Assembly: GCA_951406725.2 (NCBI GenBank) | Contig: OX597818.1 | Coordinates: forward strand, 87,978,001 to 88,042,000 | Source: Octopus vulgaris | Taxonomy: Eukaryota | Length of the DNA: 64,000 nt | Direction: 5' to 3' | In this document: positions 58,046 through 64,000 of the stretch, piece after piece | Layout: each line of letters starts with the position of its first letter | How positions within the stretch are numbered: position 1 is the first letter of the stretch | Translations under genes and position numbers: made by a program | The notes under the pieces: generated by a model | Told to the model about the DNA's origin: nothing | Database searches by the model: none | What the model saw: the letters and a program-made list of their open reading frames with translations, nothing else

Positions 58046-58145
58046 TCTACGCTGAAGAGAAAAGAAGTTTGGGTAACGTAGAATTATTTAATATTTAATT
58101 CTCATGCTTTCCTAAAAACTTGATTTCGAAACGTGCGTCCGTAGA
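58046..58145 (+). ncRNA. Type-I hammerhead ribozyme motif
   Basis: Stem I TCTACG/CGTAGA, CTGAAGA (58052), stem II GAAA/TTTC extended by AAGTTT/AAACTT, GAAA (58128), stem III ACG-TG-CGT, triplet GTC (58137-39). Confidence 0.85.
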
Positions 58146-58428
58146 TAACTTAAAATTGTATGATAGATTGCCGTCAATTCATTCTCTCTTACCTGTTTGT
58201 GTCTGCCTTCCAATTGCTGTGTTTTTTACTGAGATCTCCCTTTTTAGTAGAAGAAATAGCTATAACTCTTTGACTGCTATTTCTAAATTCGGTATGTGGT
58301 AAGGCAATTCGTTGCTAAACCCTTTATTGCTTAGTATTACTTAAATTTTCCTCGAATGAGGCTTTTACATGCCGAAGACTACTTGGTGTAATTGATAATT
58401 ATTCCAAATTAATTAATTTCACCCTTCA

Positions 58429-58472
<44 letters not shown>

Positions 58473-58474
<2 letters not shown>

Positions 58475-58827
58475 TCTTTTACTCTTTTACTTGTTTCAAT
58501 CATTTGACTGCAACCATGCTGGAGCACCGCCTTTTAGTCGAGCAAATTGACCCCAGGTACTTATTCTATCGGTCTCTGTTGCCGAACCGCTAAGTGACGG
58601 GGACGTAAACACACAAGCATCGGTTGTCAAGCGATGTTTCGGGGGACAAACACACGCACATATATACGACGGGCTTCTTTCAGTTTCCGTCTACCAAATC
58701 CACTCACAAGTCTTTGGTCGACCAGAGGCTATAGTAGCAGACACTTGCCCAAGGTGCCACGCAGTTGGACTGAACTCGGAACCATGTGGTTTGCACACAA
58801 GCTACTTACCATACAGCCACTCCTGCG

Positions 58828-58830
<3 letters not shown>
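58473..58830 (-). mobile_element. tRNA-derived SINE family A
   Basis: Minus-strand head AGGCGCAGGAGTGGCTGTATGGTAAGTAGCTTG; tail (AAAAGAGT)n. Confidence 0.85.
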
Positions 58831-58892
<62 letters not shown>

Positions 58893-59534
58893 GTTTATGG
58901 ATTCGTTTTGCAAGACTCCTGATGTGAAATCGTGTTGAAACAGATATTGTATTTTGGGACGGTCACTTTTTTTATGAATAAACACACGCACTATATATTC
59001 GTTCTTCACTCGTTTATTACTGTTTTTATTTTAATTCATGTCTATTATCCGGAAATCTTTTGTCACACATCTGTGACCTCTTCAGCGACACTTTCCGTCT
59101 TCGTCTGTGCCTTTGCTCCACTTACATACATACAAAAGAATAAAGTCTCTCGGATTTCTAAAGACCTCGTCACTGCTCACTGTTCATATAATATATTTAT
59201 ATTGATATCTCAGCTTCTCACCATTTCATTTTAATTTCATTTTCTAATTTTTTAAAAATATATTTAAAAAAAAATTTTTTTTAAATATATTTTCCTTTTT
59301 CTTCTCTCTTTTGTTTTTCCTTCTTTCTTTTTCAAATTTTTCAATTTTTTCCTTTTGTCAGTTCTCCACAGTTTTCTCTTTTGCTCAATTCTACTATCTT
59401 TCACGTTCAGCGTTTGGTTTAACCACCGATAAACCGCTAACTCCTCAAGTAACACCTCCTCCTTCTTCATTCTTCATTCTTTCCTCCTAGCTCAGCTTTA
59501 ATTCTTTTAGCATAGCACATCCACCCACCATCTT

Positions 59535-59930
59535 ACTACCACATAGGGATTGAATGTTCGTGGTTTCCTACATCAAGCATTTCGAGACCGGTGGATTGGA
59601 AGGGATGGCCCAATTCGCTCTGGCCACCTCACTGCTCATTTCTCTGGACTTTTTTTATGGGGTAACGTTAAACATAATATGTATCGAACAAAGATACAGG
59701 ACATCAATAACCTGAAGGAAAGGATCTCTGAAATCCATTGTCACAATTGATAAGGCTATGTTACAGCGAACATGGCAACCATTGGTGGCTATATAGAGAT
59801 ATATTAAATGAGAAAAAAAAAAACTTCAATGTCTACTCCTCATTTTGTAATAATTTGCACAGATTTATCTATTTATTTGCTTTTGTAACAAATTTTTGAA
59901 TTTGTAAAGAGACTTTATAGACACGCTGTA
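59535..59930 (+). pseudogene. Tc1/mariner (rosa/DD41D-like) transposase 3' remnant with right terminus
   Basis: LNVRGFL..F.DRWIGRDGPI..., LDFFLWGNVKHNMYRTKIQDINNLKERI; ends ACTTTATAGACACGCTG followed by TA. Confidence 0.75.
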
Positions 59931-59952
59931 TATATATACATACATATATATA

Positions 59953-60026
<74 letters not shown>

Positions 60027-60804
60027 ATAAAATACAAAATGGGACAAGAATGCAAAACATGCGGACGACTATGTGATACAAAAAGGGACAACAAAACATC
60101 CAGATAGACGATACAAAAAAACACGGACGGGTCATTCGAAGCCTTTTATCTTCAGTCAAGAATCGGATCGTTCTCGCAATTTCGGCTGATTAATCTTGAG
60201 ATTGCTCCAACATCGCCAGCCCGAAGGAAAAACTAAGCTAAGAACATTAGATTCCTTGGAAAAAAGCATCGAATGTATACGAAACAAGGTCGGAAAAACG
60301 GACGATGTTATACGAATATAAATACAAAAATACAATAAAAAAACCAAAAAAAAAACAATTATAATAATAATAATAAGAGAATATAACAACAGGCGTCTTT
60401 CGACTGGGGACGAATTGAATTCAGCTGACGTGTGTGGAAATGAAGCCTTGCCGCAGAGGGAAGAATATCGATGTGGCAGTGATCGTGGTCAAACGCAAAA
60501 AGGGCTAGGAGTCGGCCAACGGTCACGTGAGAAGAGAAGAGAGAGAAAAAAAGGAACAAAGGAATTAAGAGGGGGAGAAGAGAGAGGGAGCGAGAGAGAG
60601 TATATAGCAGTAGATAGACGGAAGAATCAAAGAAATGCGAGGAAAAAAGAGACAGGGACATAGTGAAGTGCAAAGTGAGTAAGAAAAGCAAGGAAATGTG
60701 AGAGAGAGTGTTGAAAAAGTCGTACAAAATTTAGTGAAATGTGTACTTACATATAAGAGAACAAAGTGTACGTATATATATATAATTATAAATAAGAAAA
60801 TGGA

Positions 60805-61110
60805 GGCCGAGGCCTATGGATATATATATAAGTACCTCATTTTTAACTGCCTACAACCTCAATACAATTGACATGTATAGGCACAAAGGATTACTATTTT
60901 CCATAGGCTGAAAGTGATTTTAATGATTCTAACAGTTTATATTAACGTTTTAAATAACTACTTGTATTCTTATCTTATATGTATTGAATTTTATACTGTA
61001 TATATGTATGTTATTATGGTTGTTGTTTTGATAAATAAATAAGTCAACATTCTAAAATCCTAAAGCTGATAAGCCAACTAATATGTTTCTCCATTTTCTT
61101 ATTTGTAATA
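60805..61110 (+). repeat. Degenerate second copy of the repeat at 25260-25573
   Basis: gaggcctatgg...tgcctacaacctcaata...ccataggctgaaa...tgtttctccattttcttatttgta; CTGA and stem III are lost. Confidence 0.8.
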
Positions 61111-61236
61111 CAGTGAGTTTATTGCATTGCAATTAAAAACTCTTGTGTATTAATAATTTAGGTATTATACCAACAGTTTATTGGGTAAGTATTATCCCTT
61201 AGTGGGTTGCATCCACAACCCCTAACTTACATGGTG

Positions 61237-61267
<31 letters not shown>

Positions 61268-61272
<5 letters not shown>

Positions 61273-62863
61273 GCGGCCAAAATGTTCAGAACGACATTGT
61301 TTTCGCCCAAAAAAGTAGGTATAATTTTTTATCAAAGTTGTTTTATGTTCGATAATTTTCACAGACAATAAATACAATATTAATTGTTATTGTCTGAGAT
61401 TTTGGTGTAATTTGAGAGGATAATACAAAAGTTATGGATGATATAGTGATTTACTGCAAAACCCATGGCGGCCAAAATGATCAGAACGGTTGAAAATATA
61501 ACAAAATAATAAAAAATGACTGAGAATACTGAAATTATTTAATATTTAGTATGAAGCCCTTTAGCTTCAATCACACTTTGACATCTTCGACTGCATGAGG
61601 AAATTAAATTTTCAATTTCTTGCTAGGTGATCTTATTCCCTTCTTCCTGAAGGGCATTCCGTAATTGCTCGCTTGTTTTAGGATTTCTGGCTTTCAAACG
61701 TTCTCCTAGAATATTCCACACATTTTCAATAGGATTGAGATCTGGGCTTTGAGCAGGCCAATCCATAATAATAACCTTTTCAGTCTTGAGGAAGTTCATG
61801 ACCACCTTAGCCTTGTGACATGGGGCATTGTCCTGCATGAATATGGGTGGTCGCTTAGTTGAATTTCTCAGCACAGACAAGACATTTACCTTTCCGTGTA
61901 ATCGCACCAAAGAGCCCACACCGTCTCCAGATATCATCCCCCAAACCATAACACTTCCTCCACCGAATTTAACAATAGTCTTAAGGCATTTAGGCGACAA
62001 TTTTCACCTACTTTTCGACGAACGTACCTTTTCCCATCTGAGCCAAATAACATCAACTTAGATTCATCACTGAAATGCACCGTTTGCCATTTGTCTTGAG
62101 ACCACAACACATGTTCGGTTGCAAAGGTAAGACGACACTTTTTATTTTTGGAGCTGATCAGTGGCTTCACTGCAGGTGATCTTGCTTGTAGGTTATGTTC
62201 AACTAAACGATGAGACACAGTTTTTCGAGATAACGCTTTCTTCAGTACAATGCTCATTTCCCGAGAAACAGCAGCAGCAGTTTTAAATCTGTCCTTTTTA
62301 ACCAACTCTACTATAGCACGATCTTCTCTCTTGGTCGTTTTTCTTGGCCTACCTGTAGACTTTCTTGCTTCATACGAACCACAATCATCGAAGACCTTAA
62401 GAATACCGTGAACAACACTTTTTGACTTGTTAACAATCTTTGCAATAGACCCAATACTTAAATTATCCTTCTTTCGAAGCTTAATAATCTGCTGACGAAT
62501 TGGTAACGGAGTAAGTGACATTATATTAACAAAGTACAATGCAGATATTCTTAGTAATGTTTAGTAAATGAACCATCATGTAAACAAATTCAAAACATTA
62601 GAGTTCGCCGGTTAAATATATTAAAACACAGAGTAAAAGCAACCGTTCTGATCATTTTGGCCGCCATGGGTTTTGCAGTAAATCACTAAATCATCCATAA
62701 CTTTTGTATTATCCTCAGAAATTAAACCAAAATCTCAGACAATAACAATTAATATTGTATTTATTGTCTGTGAAAATTATAGAATATAAAACAACTTTGA
62801 TAAAAACTTATACCTACTTTTCTGGCGAAAACAATGCCGTTCTGAACATTTTGGCCGCAACTG
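61268..62863 (-). mobile_element. Near full-length Tc1 (DD34E) transposon with ~225-bp IR/DR-type TIRs
   Basis: TIRs 61268-61492 and 62641-62863 with outer and inner direct repeats GCGGCCAAAATG(T/A)TCAGAACG; inserted in (TA)n. Confidence 0.95.
61539..62521 (-). pseudogene. Tc1 transposase (frameshift near 62000, premature stop at 61623, small deletion)
   Basis: GRPRKTT, WQTVHFSDESK, VKFGGGSVMVWG, FMQDNAPCHKA, WPAQSPDLNPIENVW (34 aa between D and E), ..AKGLHTKY stop. Confidence 0.93.
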
Positions 62864-63016
62864 TATATATGTATATATATATATATATTCATGTTTATAT
62901 ATGTAAATATATATGTATATAAAGTTAATCCAAACAAGAAAGCACAAAAAAAACACAACGCGAGGACGTGGAACAAATATAGTATATTTGGACGCTCAGG
63001 AAAGAAGGAAAGGAGG

Positions 63017-63051
63017 GTTTAACGTTTCGAGCGGAGCTCTTCGTCGGAAAC
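63017..63051 (-). ncRNA. Minimal hammerhead-like motif, core variant CCGACGA
   Basis: Minus strand GTTT-CCGACGA-A-GAGC-TCC-GCTC-GAAAC-GTT-AAAC, inside repeat ~62925-63120. Confidence 0.55.
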
Positions 63052-63259
63052 ATAGGAGAAGGAAAGATCCAGAGAAGGAAAGACAGAGGAAAAAAATCGC
63101 CTACGGTACACACGAGGTCCGACTGCGCGCGCGTGTTTTTCCATATCGTCGTCACAGCTCCGTCTTCTGGTGCATAAGAAAGAAGCAGCGACCAGCAGCG
63201 CCCCCTACGCACGTCCGAAGATGTATACATGTTTGCATATATGTATATATATATATGTA

Positions 63260-63329
<70 letters not shown>

Positions 63330-63349
63330 TGTGTGTATATACATATATA

Positions 63350-63878
63350 TGTCAGGTCACTTTCGAGTGCTACTGGTAACATGTAACCCAGTACAACCTG
63401 TTGCAAGGTGGGGTCGTCGGCGACTAAACCGGTAACCCCACCAAGCTTGCTTGCTGCGGGATGAAAAACAAAACCCGTGAAAGGGCGGAGGAACTCTTGA
63501 GAGTCAACGGCCATCCAATAAATGTCTTAAGGCTATATCATGCGCGGGGATATAGAAATAATCGAACTGAATACCCGATCGCGCGATTAAACCATTGGGA
63601 GTGAAGGACTCCTAGCCTTTGTTAGGGCATCCTTCTAGGAGAAGGTAACTCAAGCAACTGGGATAACTCCGACATAAAACCTGCGGCTCAGTGGTTACAG
63701 ATGATGTTGACTTGTTCTTCTCTTCGGATTATGGCTGCTGTTGCTTAGTGAGTGGGATTGATTCAGTGCACAGCCTTTCCTCACTTTAAAAAATCTTCTT
63801 GCACAGGCATTGCACGATAACAACATTGATTAAGCTTCGTGCAATGGCCATACTCGATAACGAAGGGACAACCACCAT

Positions 63879-63880
<2 letters not shown>
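63350..63880 (+). mobile_element. GC-richer non-coding insert in (TA)n, possibly an RTE-derived non-autonomous retroelement
   Basis: Sharp compositional boundaries, structured 5' end, GGAGAAGGTAACTC motif reminiscent of RTE 5' UTRs, (CATA)n tail. Confidence 0.4.
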
Positions 63881-63929
<49 letters not shown>

Positions 63930-64000
63930 TGCGTGTATATACATACATGTATATACATAATTATATATATATATATATATATATAAAATGTATATACATC

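Larger units (their letters stand above)
57069..58432. mobile_element. Non-coding hammerhead-bearing element: 1.4 tandem copies of a 596-bp unit plus an inverted 533-bp copy
   Basis: A(57069-57304) B(57305-57505) C D(57569-57664) A(57665-57899), then reverse-complement B'A'D' (57900-58432); copies nearly identical; (TA)n on both sides. Confidence 0.9.

Overview
Eukaryotic, AT-rich, extremely microsatellite-dense DNA ((TA)n, (CA)n, (AAT)n, (GATA)n, (CATA)n). I find no supportable host protein-coding exon; the window reads as intergenic or intronic. The SINE repertoire and repeat style suggest a coleoid cephalopod (Octopus-like) genome, but that is inference only. Nearly all ORFs in the track are microsatellite artefacts. 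The real coding remnants are transposon-derived: a young 5'-truncated CR1-like LINE (14.2-15.9 kb), an older CR1-like relic, an R4/Dong-like RLE LINE embedded in (AAT)n, mariner, rosa-type and Tc1 (DD34E, IR/DR) transposons, a Penelope-like GIY-YIG C-terminus, a non-autonomous Helitron, MITEs and several tRNA-derived SINE families. Two results stand out. (1) Minimal type-I hammerhead ribozyme motifs occur in several unrelated non-coding repeat families, including a 596-bp retrozyme-like unit in tandem plus inverted arrangement (57.07-58.43 kb) and a tRNA-headed SINE with a hammerhead-bearing tail (three copies). (2) An ORF1-only L1/Tx1-like element occurs twice at the same position inside the tRNA-derived head of one SINE family. 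All coordinates and folds were read by eye; boundaries may be off by a few bases and no ribozyme activity is shown.
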